From contig CALSTM010000002.1 in the NCBI GenBank assembly GCA_943789275.1, forward strand, positions 60,001-92,000: a stretch of DNA of 32,000 nt. The letters are read 5' to 3'. A program made the translations under genes and the position numbers. Origin of the DNA: Candidatus Poseidoniaceae archaeon (lineage in GTDB: Archaea; Thermoplasmatota; Poseidoniia; Poseidoniales; Poseidoniaceae). Under the pieces are notes generated by a model. The model saw only the letters and a list, made by a program, of their open reading frames with translations. It had not been told where the DNA came from and searched no databases. Positions 1 through 8,263 of this stretch are shown piece by piece; positions within the stretch are counted from its first letter, which is position 1, and each line of letters opens with the position of its first letter.

Positions 1-1
1 A

Positions 2-559
2 ACTCCAATATGGAGTCTTGAGTTGGATTCTGAAAAACCCTTCATCATCTCAAACGATAACGGACCCACTGTACTCATCGATATTTTTGAGAGCATCAGA
101 AAGAAGGTATGTGAGGGAGACCCCCACATTACAGTGTACATGTCACAACGTCCGGTTTGCATACTTCGAGACTGTGATGTGGTCGACACACCGTCGACGG
201 ATTCCCTCGTGTCTCTCGTGCTGCTTGGAATCGCTGGTTGGCCGATTGATTCAACACCGCCAACACTTGGGAAAAAATCCATCATGGCCTCATCCATGGA
301 TATCGAAGACACCACGACGCTCTCAACGGCTGATTACAATCAGATTCAATCAGCACTCCATCTACAGCAAGAAGGGTTCACTCATGCAGGAATTTCGGTT
401 CTGGCACAAATGGCTCGAAGATTGTATGTTTGCAGATGCTGGCATATTGATAAAATTAAACTGATCCTCCAGCCGATTTTAGAAACCTTTGAAGACGCTG
501 AACTTCAGACCTATCTGCGACAACCGGATGAACAAACCGATGTTCTTTTCCTCACTTAG
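2..559 (+). CDS. hypothetical protein, C-terminal part (gene starts upstream of window)
   Basis: The frame of the 23..559 track ORF has no stop codon back to nt 2, so it is open to the window edge. I recognise no motif. The overlapping 18..464 ORF looks spurious. Confidence 0.4.
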   Translation, partial: TPIWSLELDSEKPFIISNDNGPTVLIDIFESIRKKVCEGDPHITVYMSQRPVCILRDCDVVDTPSTDSLVSLVLLGIAGWPIDSTPPTLGKKSIMASSMDIEDTTTLSTADYNQIQSALHLQQEGFTHAGISVLAQMARRLYVCRCWHIDKIKLILQPILETFEDAELQTYLRQPDEQTDVLFLT

Positions 560-621
560 GACGACACAATCGCTCAAGAATGCTCAAGTGCTGTCGGTTA
601 CGACAATTCATCGGTGAGTGA

Positions 622-1416
622 ATGAAAGTCTACCATGACCTAATACAGCGCATTCTTGACGAAGGTGAAGAAAAAGGCGACCGAACTGGCACGGGCACAC
701 TTTCGGTCTTTGGACACCAAATGCGCTTTGACCTTTCGGAAGGGTTCCCGATGGTAACCACGAAGAAGCTTCACCTTCGTTCCATTGTCCACGAACTCTT
801 ATGGTTTCTCAAAGGCGATACGAACGTCAAGTACCTCCAAGAAAATGGCGTTCGCATCTGGAACGAATGGGCCGATGAAAACGGCGATTTAGGGCCTGTT
901 TACGGCAAGCAGTGGAGAAAATGGGAAGCAAACGATGGCCGAATAATTGACCAAGTCGAACAGGCTATTGACATGATCAAAAACAACCCGAACAGTCGAA
1001 GAATAATCGTATCTGCATGGAATGTTGGCGAGCTTGATGAAATGGCCTTGATGCCGTGCCACGCTTTCTTCCAGTTCCATGTCGCAAACGGCAAATTGAA
1101 CTGCCAACTTTACCAAAGAAGTGCAGATGTTTTTCTGGGCGTCCCGTTTAACATTGCTTCGTATGCGTTGCTTACCGAAATGATGGCTCAAATATGTGGT
1201 TTGAAAGCAGGAACATTTGTCCATACCCTCGGTGATGCACATTTGTACACCAACCATCTTGAGCAAGCCAATCTACAAATCACCCGTGAACCAATGAAGT
1301 TGCCAACCTTGAAACTCAACCCAGAGTGCACGACCATTGACTCGTTCACCTTCGAAGACATCGAGGTCGAGGGTTACCAGCATCACCCGCATATCTCTGC
1401 ACCGATTGCAGTCTGA
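622..1416 (+). CDS. thyA: thymidylate synthase (folate-dependent, ThyA type)
   Basis: 264 aa. Carries [12 protein letters not shown], the catalytic-Cys region [11 protein letters not shown] and [16 protein letters not shown], all textbook ThyA. A GGTGA Shine-Dalgarno sits at 613-617. Confidence 0.97.
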   Translation: MKVYHDLIQRILDEGEEKGDRTGTGTLSVFGHQMRFDLSEGFPMVTTKKLHLRSIVHELLWFLKGDTNVKYLQENGVRIWNEWADENGDLGPVYGKQWRKWEANDGRIIDQVEQAIDMIKNNPNSRRIIVSAWNVGELDEMALMPCHAFFQFHVANGKLNCQLYQRSADVFLGVPFNIASYALLTEMMAQICGLKAGTFVHTLGDAHLYTNHLEQANLQITREPMKLPTLKLNPECTTIDSFTFEDIEVEGYQHHPHISAPIAV

Positions 1417-1425
1417 GGCGATTCT

Positions 1426-1893
1426 ATGTTTACAATGATTTTCGCATGTGATTTGAACGGAGCCATTGGTAAAGACGGCGACTTACCCTGGCGGCAATCT
1501 TCGGACTTGCAGCACTTCAAGCGCATAACGATGTCGAAAACAATGGTGATGGGTCGAAAAACATGGGAAAGCCTACCTGGCAAACTCCCGGGACGACGGC
1601 ACATCGTTTTGTCACGAGCACCTCGAGAGGATATTGAAGTGATGTCCTATGAACAAATCCTTGAACTTGGTGAATCTGAAGAACTGATGATTATCGGGGG
1701 AGGAGAAATCTACCAATTGTTCATGGAACACACCAAAGAGATTCACAAAACCATTATTGACACGAGAGTTGAGGACGCTGACGTCTTCGCACCTTCGATG
1801 GAGGGGGAGGGTTTTCACATGATTGGAGAGCGGTTCGTCAATGCTGGCCCTCGTGACGAGCACAACATGGTGTTCCAACACTGGATTCGATGA
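1426..1893 (+). CDS. folA: dihydrofolate reductase
   Basis: 155 aa. GAIGKDGDLPW, LQHFKRITM, MGRKTWESLP and GRRHIVLSR are canonical DHFR motifs. The gene starts 9 nt after the thyA stop. Confidence 0.93.
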   Translation: MFTMIFACDLNGAIGKDGDLPWRQSSDLQHFKRITMSKTMVMGRKTWESLPGKLPGRRHIVLSRAPREDIEVMSYEQILELGESEELMIIGGGEIYQLFMEHTKEIHKTIIDTRVEDADVFAPSMEGEGFHMIGERFVNAGPRDEHNMVFQHWIR

Positions 1894-2265
1894 TCATTCC
1901 TCGGGCGTGTACTCGGTCACCCGTAAACCAAGCCTTCCTTGGCGAGAAGGACGTTGCATGATTTTGGCATACTTTGCTTCAAAGGCAGCTTTCAAGTCCA
2001 CTTCCATGGCTAGGGAGTGACCCATTAAAAGCAGCAGTATATCCGCCATTTCTTCTGCACATTCGGAAAGTGGTTTACCCTTCGTCACAGCTGCAGCCAA
2101 TTCACCTAATTCCTCGACGGTAAGGGCAATTCGATAGCCCATGTCATGACCGTTGTTTTCTTCGAAATTGTGTTTGTCATGAAAAACTGCAATTTTCTTC
2201 ATCATAATTTCCCATTCGTTCGTTGCTTCATGTGCCATCCAGTCATCAACCGACATTCCTTCCAT
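1894..2265 (-). CDS. MazG-like all-alpha nucleoside triphosphate pyrophosphohydrolase (dCTPase/house-cleaning type)
   Basis: The helix pair EELGELAAAV and EEMADILLLL is typical of the MazG/NTP-PPase family. The first ATG is at 2265; the track start at 2316 is TTG. Its stop abuts the folA stop (TGATCA at 1891-1896). Confidence 0.72.
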   Translation of the reverse strand: MEGMSVDDWMAHEATNEWEIMMKKIAVFHDKHNFEENNGHDMGYRIALTVEELGELAAAVTKGKPLSECAEEMADILLLLMGHSLAMEVDLKAAFEAKYAKIMQRPSRQGRLGLRVTEYTPEE

Positions 2266-2328
2266 AGTGACGCCTTGTGCAGTCGGACTTTGAACTTGTA
2301 TGAATCTCAAAAACAATCACGAGAGAGA

Positions 2329-2335
2329 TTTAAGA
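2329..2335 (+). promoter_or_regulatory. candidate archaeal TATA box (TTTAAGA) for a leaderless transcript
   Basis: TTTAAGA is centred 27 nt upstream of ATG 2359. The same heptamer lies 26 nt upstream of ATG 25687. Confidence 0.3.
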
Positions 2336-2358
2336 ACAGTTGACTGCTACGTAAAGCC

Positions 2359-2673
2359 ATGACAGTACCAACCACAATACCTGCAACTGAACGAGATTTA
2401 TTCGTCGAGAATGACACCCATGGATTTGAAGCAAAAGACGCCAATGTACAGCCAATAATGCACAAGGTCCTCGTCGATGGCTGGCCAGCAATGGCCGGTG
2501 TTGGTTCATTCGGCAATTACAGCACTCGACTTGTCATCACATTTGATTCACCGCACCCAGAGTTAGGACTCGAGTTGTCAACGAAATACTTCATGTTCGA
2601 TGATACTCGCCCTGGACATCTTACTTGGGGCCACGATGGCGCATCATTATCCATTCAGAAAATCATTGAGTGA
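2359..2673 (+). CDS. hypothetical protein (104 aa)
   Basis: Clean ORF with an ATG start and a TATA-like element at about -27. No recognisable motif. Confidence 0.45.
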   Translation: MTVPTTIPATERDLFVENDTHGFEAKDANVQPIMHKVLVDGWPAMAGVGSFGNYSTRLVITFDSPHPELGLELSTKYFMFDDTRPGHLTWGHDGASLSIQKIIE

Positions 2674-2742
2674 AGAGCCAAAGCAGAGACAAACCGTCGG
2701 GCGCACATCTATATGTCGTATCCATGAGGTGCAGGGTTCAAG

Positions 2743-3531
2743 TTATTCCTTCAGTAATTCGACCATGCACGCCCACACAGGCATCAATCGACGGTTCGCC
2801 TGTGAGGAGACCGAATGATGGTCGAGGTCTGCCCCTGAATCACCAGGTTGACGGCCTGCCGCCCAGTTCGACGAAATACAAACCGCCACATACGGAAGTT
2901 TGAGTTCCCGGGCAAGCTTTGCTTCGCGTGGCATCGTCATTCCGACCATATGTCCACCGAGCGTATCAATCGCGTCGATCTCGGCTTTGGTCTCGAAATG
3001 TGGTCCTTGTGCAAGCCAATAGGTGTAGAACATTCGCTCATCGTCAGAAAACCCTTGAACCGAACGCAACACCTCACTCAGCCGTTGATTGATGGCGGTG
3101 TCAAACGGTTCAGTCACCGATGTGAATACGGCTGCCTCATCATGGAAAGTCGAAGCCTTACCCGTGAAATCGATGTATTGTTCTGCTAATGCGACTTTAC
3201 CCGGTGGGAAATCTTCGGGGATTGCCCCGACCGAACAAACCGCCATAACCGCTTCACATCCCGAATCTGCGAGTGCACGCATGTTGGCACGGTGTTCAAT
3301 CATATGCGGTGGTTTACTGGCCTCGCCGCCGTTATGGTGACGTTGTAAAAAGAACAATTCTTTGTCTTCGCTTCCAGTTGACAGTCGCATGCACGTGAGT
3401 GGGACATCTCCCCAAGGCGTCTCAACGGTCACATCGTCCCTTCTCAACAATTCAATACCGGACTGTTTCATTTCTTCACCAACTGCCATGTTGATGAGAC
3501 CGGTTCCGCCAATCACTCCGAGTCGTTGCAT
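2743..3531 (-). CDS. 5'-methylthioadenosine / purine nucleoside phosphorylase family protein
   Basis: 263 aa from ATG 3529-3531 (MQRLGVIGGTG). FLQRHH and HMVGMTMPREAKLAREL...ISSNWAAG match the trimeric PNP/MTAP fold family. The track ORF runs to 3711 only because the frame stays open into rps3ae. Confidence 0.85.
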   Translation of the reverse strand: MQRLGVIGGTGLINMAVGEEMKQSGIELLRRDDVTVETPWGDVPLTCMRLSTGSEDKELFFLQRHHNGGEASKPPHMIEHRANMRALADSGCEAVMAVCSVGAIPEDFPPGKVALAEQYIDFTGKASTFHDEAAVFTSVTEPFDTAINQRLSEVLRSVQGFSDDERMFYTYWLAQGPHFETKAEIDAIDTLGGHMVGMTMPREAKLARELKLPYVAVCISSNWAAGRQPGDSGADLDHHSVSSQANRRLMPVWACMVELLKE

Positions 3532-3625
3532 ACCAGTCCCTCGCGCTATGTGTTTGTCAAACCTACGGCTCAAAAGCCGGCTGGACCTTGCTTTCGCTGA
3601 GAACAGTGTTACGGCGTCGAATGCA

Positions 3626-4621
3626 TCACTCGTTAAGACGAGCAATGAGATCTGCTTTCTTACCAGAAACTGGCTTTCCTGCAGCCTTGAGAAGCTCCTT
3701 GAGTTCTGCAACCTTCATCGATTCGTAGTCTGCAGTTGGTGCAGCCTCTTCAGCAGGTGCTTCTTCAGCAGGCGCTTCTTCAGCAGGCGCTTCTTCGGCA
3801 GGTGCTTCTTCGGCAGGTGCTTCTTCGGCAGGTGCCTTTTCAGATGCAGGTTCCATTGCTTCAGCAGCATCGATAATGGATGGAGTGGAATCTTCTTCCT
3901 CTTCATCTTCCATAGCAGATGCAAGTGCTGCTGCTTTCTTTGCTTTGATTTCCGCATCGCTGCGTGCTTCTTCAGCATGAATTTCATCAAGGGTTTTACC
4001 GTTATCAGCAACAACACCAGCTTGGAGCAATTGGCTCTTACGGATGGCGACCGACTTAACAGGGTAAATTGGTTTTACAGCCTTACGGATTTCTTCTTCG
4101 AGTGTTCCGTCAAGAATCTGGGTTTGAATCTTTGAGTAGGTTGCTTTTGAGGCAAAAGCAATGATCATGTCTCTGGCCTTCGCACGCATAGCTTGCTTAA
4201 TCGAGGTCTGAACACGCTTTTGGGTAATGATAAGCGGCTTAAGGCGAATCAGGTAACCGTCGGTCGAAACCACATCAACGACGTCATCGACTTTACCACG
4301 GTAGCGACGGATTTGTCGGCGGATGTGGTCGGTTTGGTGGTGGTGACCGATAAAAGTGGTTAGAGCATCTTGTCCAACGCACTCATGAACACGGAATCGA
4401 AGGATAACGTGCATCTTGGTAAAGTCGCCATTGAATTCTTGTTGTGTCATTTCATACACACGGCCGATAATGTGTTCATCGGACTCCCCGAGAGTCTCTC
4501 CTATTTTCTTAAAATCCCATGGTGATCGTGGGGCACGAATGGTGTACCAAATCTTGTTCTTCCACTTGTCACGTTGCTTACGTGCTGCTGCACGTGCCTT
4601 TACACTAATCTTTTTTGCCAT
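3626..4621 (-). CDS. rps3ae: 30S ribosomal protein eS1 (S3Ae) with C-terminal acidic repeat linker and SAP-like domain
   Basis: The N-terminal ~207 aa (KDKWKNKIWYTIRAP...GRVYE...FKLRF-type core) is clearly S3Ae. The C-terminal ~124 aa add (APAEE)x6 and MKVAELKELLKAAGKPVSGKKADLIARLNE. Confidence 0.92.
   Translation of the reverse strand: MAKKISVKARAAARKQRDKWKNKIWYTIRAPRSPWDFKKIGETLGESDEHIIGRVYEMTQQEFNGDFTKMHVILRFRVHECVGQDALTTFIGHHHQTDHIRRQIRRYRGKVDDVVDVVSTDGYLIRLKPLIITQKRVQTSIKQAMRAKARDMIIAFASKATYSKIQTQILDGTLEEEIRKAVKPIYPVKSVAIRKSQLLQAGVVADNGKTLDEIHAEEARSDAEIKAKKAAALASAMEDEEEEDSTPSIIDAAEAMEPASEKAPAEEAPAEEAPAEEAPAEEAPAEEAPAEEAAPTADYESMKVAELKELLKAAGKPVSGKKADLIARLNE
3741..3842. repeat. 15-bp tandem repeat, ~6.8 copies (GCAGGYGCTTCTTCR), coding (APAEE)n on the minus strand
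   Basis: Units read directly at 3753, 3768, 3783, 3798, 3813 and 3828, with a degenerate partial copy at 3741-3752. They differ only at synonymous or third positions. Confidence 0.95.
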
Positions 4622-4792
4622 GGTATCATCTCGGGGTGTGTGTTTGCGGGGGCTACCCCACTTGCAGGCTTGCGACTTCCCTCCCCTATTTGAAGAAGTC
4701 TCTCCGACCCCTTAAACCGATAAGGTACCATTCGGCTTATCTCGTTCGCTTTGGTTCGGTAAACTCTTGAGCATGAAGGAGCACGGAAGGGT

Positions 4793-5242
4793 GTGAGCCT
4801 ACACCACATCACCTGGCGCGCAACAGTCGGCGCTGTTGAAGATGAGACCGTTGTCGCAGAAGCCATTGCTTGGTTGGTTGGGGATGCAGAACTGGTCGAA
4901 ATCGAGAGAACAACTTCGTATCACGGCTCCGATATTCATATGGTCACTGGAATTTGTAAAAAAAAGCGGCAATCTCTCTCTTCACTCGCCCGGATTGGAG
5001 CGGAAAATTTGCACACGCTGTCTCAAGAAATAGAGCAACGCTTCGATGAAAACAACACGCTCCATTTCCGTTTAGATTTCCATTCGTTCATCAACGGTGA
5101 GGCTGTACTGGCAATGCCTGGAAACGAGTCGACGATAAAATGCCACACGAAAGTGGAAGTCTATCCGGGACAAGAATCGAAACAAGAATGCTTGAACGTC
5201 ATTGCCCAAGCACTTGAACTAAGCACAAAGTCGTCGGAATAA
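4793..5242 (+). CDS. small alpha/beta protein, possibly UPF0201/COG1931-type predicted RNA-binding protein
   Basis: 149 aa with a GTG start. The N-terminal pattern V.A.V...EDE..V.EAI..LVG and the later FRLD...NGEAVLA resemble the archaeal UPF0201 family. This comes from memory only. Confidence 0.45.
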   Translation: MSLHHITWRATVGAVEDETVVAEAIAWLVGDAELVEIERTTSYHGSDIHMVTGICKKKRQSLSSLARIGAENLHTLSQEIEQRFDENNTLHFRLDFHSFINGEAVLAMPGNESTIKCHTKVEVYPGQESKQECLNVIAQALELSTKSSE

Positions 5243-5294
5243 TGCGGTGAGATTTCAACGCTAAGTTGAAGTCCAGTCCGAGTAACCGAGGTCC

Positions 5295-7409
5295 ATGAGT
5301 CTGAGGATGAGAGCGGTTCTGCTCACATCGCTCATGTTGGTCAGTCTCACTTTTTCCATTTCAGCAGAACATTTACCGACGATTAACGAACCGCCAGTGT
5401 GCAATGCAGACCGTCATTCAACATGGACCGTTGGACTCCTTTCATGCAACGATTCCATTGATACGGGCTATACTTTATTTTCTCCAATCCCGTCAAACAC
5501 CAGTTATCTCATCGACAGTGAGGGAAGAGAAATCCATTCGTGGGAATCACCGGGTAATCATCGCCCAGGACTCTCTTCGTATCTGCTTCCGGACGGTGAT
5601 CTGCTGCGCACTGCCAACATTGCTCAAGAAGCAGTGGGGAATTTCAGCGGCGGGGGGACTGCCGGTAAAATTGAACGAATTGGGTGGGATGGTGTTGCTG
5701 AATGGTCTTGGGAATTTTCCTCAACAACCTACATCACACACCATGACATCGAACCGATGCCAAACGGAAACATTCTCGCCATCGCGTGGGAAGACAAGAC
5801 AGAGGAAGAGGCACTCCAAGCGGGAAGAAACCCCGCCATAGCAAGTGATGCCCCAGGCGGAAGTGCCAATGTGTGGCCCGATTTTATTATCGAAATTGAA
5901 CCACTCGAAAACAATCAAGCTAATATCGTATGGGAATGGCATGCATGGGACCATCTGATACAGGATTATGATTCGTCCAAAGACAACTATGGCGTTGTTC
6001 GAGACCATCCTGAATTGCTCGACATCAATTTTGTAGGTGCTACTGGCAACCAAGCAGGCCGCGCAGATTGGATGCACTGCAATGGTATCGATTACCACGA
6101 GGGTTTCGACCAAATTGCTCTTTCGTGCAAAAACATGAATGAGATTTACATTATCGACCACAGCACGACTACTGCAGAAGCAGCAGGCCACACCGGTGGA
6201 AATTCAGGCAAAGGCGGAGACTTTCTGTATCGATGGGGGAATCCACAAACCTATGATGCCGGGCTTTCAAGCGATCAAAAACTGTTCGGGCAACACGATG
6301 TCCAGTGGATTGAGGACGGCCGACCGGGTGCAGGTGACCTGATTCTGTTCAACAACGGCGGTGGTAGGAATCCAAGTTATTCCTCAGTTGACGTGCTTCA
6401 ACTGCCGGGCAGTAACGGCCAATACCCGTTGTTAAGCAACAACACGTGGGGCCCTCAACAACTGAACTGGTCGTGGAATATTGGAGAAGACATGTACGCA
6501 CAAGCCGTATCCGGTGCAGAACGGTTGCCAAACGGGAACACTTTGGTGACCGATGGCACGCATGGAACGCTCTATGAAGTCGACCTCTCGGGCGAAATCG
6601 TATGGAAATACGTGAATCCAGTGAGCAATCAGGGTACACTGTCGCAAGGCGATGTGATTCCTGATGGAAATGTTGCAGGATCTTTAGCAAACCCCGTCTT
6701 CAAAGCCAGACGATACGCCCCCGACCATCCAGCATTCGCCGACAAAGACATGACACCTGGAACCTACATCGAAACTTTCACCGACCTTTGCCCCAACGAA
6801 GAGGCGTTGCCGTGGGACCGCGATGGAGACGGATGTACAGATGATTCAGACAACGATGGCACCACCGACCCATTCGACATCTGCCAAGGGCATGACGATA
6901 CAGTGGACATCGACAACGATACCGTACCCGACGGTTGCGATTCCTTCATTGATGCGGATGGCGACGGTGTATCGGATGCAAATGATGCGTGTGAAGGATA
7001 CAATGATTCTATAGACGCTGATGCTGATGGAGTTCCTGATGGATGTGACGCTGCACCGAACGGCGAAGCAACCAACAGCACAGAAAACAACACGCAGACC
7101 AACCAATCGGTCGACAATTCCACGGAAAACAACACGCAGACCAACCAATCGGTCGACAATTCCACGGAAAACAACACCAACGTGTCCCAACCCAGTGAAC
7201 CGAATCCGTTCAATGAAACTGAAAGTACAGTCAATACGGATTCTACATCGGGGAAGCCTGATGTGGATGCAGCCACTCTTTCTACTGCTGCACTCCTTTT
7301 CTTAGGAATCTGTGGACTCCTGTATTTTGCAGCCACCTCTTTGTGGAAGAAACCGAACGTTGATGCGGTGTCAATGGAAAAACTCGACAAGGATGTCGAG
7401 GAAAAATAA
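5295..7409 (+). CDS. secreted, C-terminally membrane-anchored protein: arylsulfotransferase(ASST)-like beta-propeller + thrombospondin-type-3 Ca-binding repeats + Asn-rich stalk
   Basis: Signal peptide MRAVLLTSLMLVSLTFSISA. GYTLFSP..SYLIDSEGREIHSW, HHDIEPMPNGNILAIAWE and NGNTLVTDG are ASST-like propeller motifs. DRDGDGCTDDSDNDGTTD and DADGDGVSDANDAC are TSP3-like. NSTENNTQTNQSVD repeats follow. C-terminal TM segment AALLFLGICGLLYFAATSL. Confidence 0.7.
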   Translation: MSLRMRAVLLTSLMLVSLTFSISAEHLPTINEPPVCNADRHSTWTVGLLSCNDSIDTGYTLFSPIPSNTSYLIDSEGREIHSWESPGNHRPGLSSYLLPDGDLLRTANIAQEAVGNFSGGGTAGKIERIGWDGVAEWSWEFSSTTYITHHDIEPMPNGNILAIAWEDKTEEEALQAGRNPAIASDAPGGSANVWPDFIIEIEPLENNQANIVWEWHAWDHLIQDYDSSKDNYGVVRDHPELLDINFVGATGNQAGRADWMHCNGIDYHEGFDQIALSCKNMNEIYIIDHSTTTAEAAGHTGGNSGKGGDFLYRWGNPQTYDAGLSSDQKLFGQHDVQWIEDGRPGAGDLILFNNGGGRNPSYSSVDVLQLPGSNGQYPLLSNNTWGPQQLNWSWNIGEDMYAQAVSGAERLPNGNTLVTDGTHGTLYEVDLSGEIVWKYVNPVSNQGTLSQGDVIPDGNVAGSLANPVFKARRYAPDHPAFADKDMTPGTYIETFTDLCPNEEALPWDRDGDGCTDDSDNDGTTDPFDICQGHDDTVDIDNDTVPDGCDSFIDADGDGVSDANDACEGYNDSIDADADGVPDGCDAAPNGEATNSTENNTQTNQSVDNSTENNTQTNQSVDNSTENNTNVSQPSEPNPFNETESTVNTDSTSGKPDVDAATLSTAALLFLGICGLLYFAATSLWKKPNVDAVSMEKLDKDVEEK
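7081..7178. repeat. 42-bp tandem repeat, 2.3 copies, coding (T/S)ENNTQTNQSVDNS
   Basis: Units start at 7081, 7123 and 7165 (the last is partial). Units 1 and 2 are identical except at the second base (cag versus cgg). Confidence 0.95.
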
Positions 7410-7636
7410 AATTCGACCGCCATGTTGCGGATGCTCGATCAAAATGAACTTGCCACCATTCGAAGAGAACCAAAGATGTGAGACGGCTCAACTGCCCGAA
7501 CAGGCCGCTCATTCCCGATGAAGGGGTAGCGTCTGACAAGACCCACTGCAAGCCCTTTGATTTAGACAAAACGAATCAATGGGTTTCTGCATTAACCCTC
7601 TGATTTAATTGAATAACGAACCAATCAATGCCTAAT

Positions 7637-7876
7637 CTAGTCAAAAAAAGAGAAGATTGTAGCGATGGTTTTCGGAAGAGCCGCTAATGCCAACATGACG
7701 AGTAGAATCGTGATGAGTTGTTTTGAAGACATTGAATCTTCCTTACCTTCCTCTTTCATCTTCTTTGAGTGATTCATCTCATGGAATATGGCCCAAACTA
7801 CGAAAGCAATCAATCCGATAATCGGTAAAATGATCACACCAAAAAGGAAAACCATTGCACCAATTCCGTCTGACAC
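7637..7876 (-). CDS. small membrane protein (79 aa, two predicted TM helices)
   Basis: Two hydrophobic stretches, MVFLFGVIILPIIGLIAFVVWAIF and LITILLVMLALAALP, are separated by a K/E loop. GTG start with a TATA box about 25 nt upstream. Lies in an AT-rich locus. Confidence 0.55.
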   Translation of the reverse strand: MSDGIGAMVFLFGVIILPIIGLIAFVVWAIFHEMNHSKKMKEEGKEDSMSSKQLITILLVMLALAALPKTIATIFSFFD

Positions 7877-7897
7877 AGATGAAGTGTATTATCATGA

Positions 7898-7905
7898 ATA
7901 TATAA
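7898..7905 (-). promoter_or_regulatory. candidate TATA box (TTATATAT on minus strand) for leaderless 7637..7876 transcript
   Basis: The best TATA-like octamer in the window. It is centred about 25 nt upstream of the GTG at 7876. Confidence 0.4.
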
Positions 7906-7935
7906 TGATGATTTTATGTTGATGCTATCATGTCT

Positions 7936-7958
7936 TAATCAGAGGGACCCTCTGATTA
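7936..7958. repeat. perfect palindrome TAATCAGAGGG-A-CCCTCTGATTA (11-1-11)
   Basis: Read directly from the sequence. It lies in the divergent AT-rich intergenic region. Related half-sites are CCCTCTGATTTA at 7596-7607 and CCCTTTGATTTAGAC at 7553-7567. Confidence 0.9.
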
Positions 7959-8143
7959 GACGGGGCATCAGACCGTACCCATTGAAGTGGCGGTGTGCAA
8001 TGGGCTCCTTTGCATTTACAAGCCTGATTTCTTCTTTCAATCTAAATGGCGCATCAAGTATGTTACCTACGGGAGTATAGAATATATTGAAGTATTAATT
8101 TCATAAAGATAGAATCCATTCTATCGTCACAAATGGCCCAACC

Positions 8144-8263
8144 ATGACAGAGATTGTTCACTCTATCGCCTTGACTGTCGAACTTTTGATTTCTGGATTC
8201 CTGATGTATTGGGGATACAGAATGATGAAGGAAAGTTGGATTAGACAAAGGAAGTTGATTTGA
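8144..8263 (+). CDS. possible 39-aa single-TM micro-protein (MTEIVHSIALTVELLISGFLMYWGYRMMKESWIRQRKLI)
   Basis: Hand-translated, and below the ORF-track length cutoff. A hydrophobic helix is followed by a basic tail. Its TGA (8261-8263) directly abuts ATG 8264 of the next gene. Confidence 0.3.
   Translation: MTEIVHSIALTVELLISGFLMYWGYRMMKESWIRQRKLI

Noticed and set aside
3741-3842. Tandem repeats (15-bp at 3741-3842, 42-bp at 7081-7178) considered as possible CRISPR or satellite arrays.
   Set aside because: The units are contiguous with no spacers, in frame, and encode peptide repeats inside clear CDSs. No cas genes or leader sequence are present.
4622-4792. 171-nt GC-rich divergent intergenic region between rps3ae and the UPF0201-like gene, examined for an ncRNA or riboswitch.
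   Set aside because: I found only short, weak hairpins (GGGGTAGCCCC, GATAAG...CTTATC) and a KpnI-type GGTACC palindrome. Nothing resembles a known RNA family, and I cannot evaluate covariation without homologs.
7596-7946. The segment bounded by CCCTCTGATT inverted repeats, considered for annotation as a confirmed mobile element (MITE).
   Set aside because: I see no target-site duplication, transposase or second copy in the window. A 10-11-nt inverted match over ~350 bp could be regulatory. It is kept only as one hypothesis under the palindrome finding.
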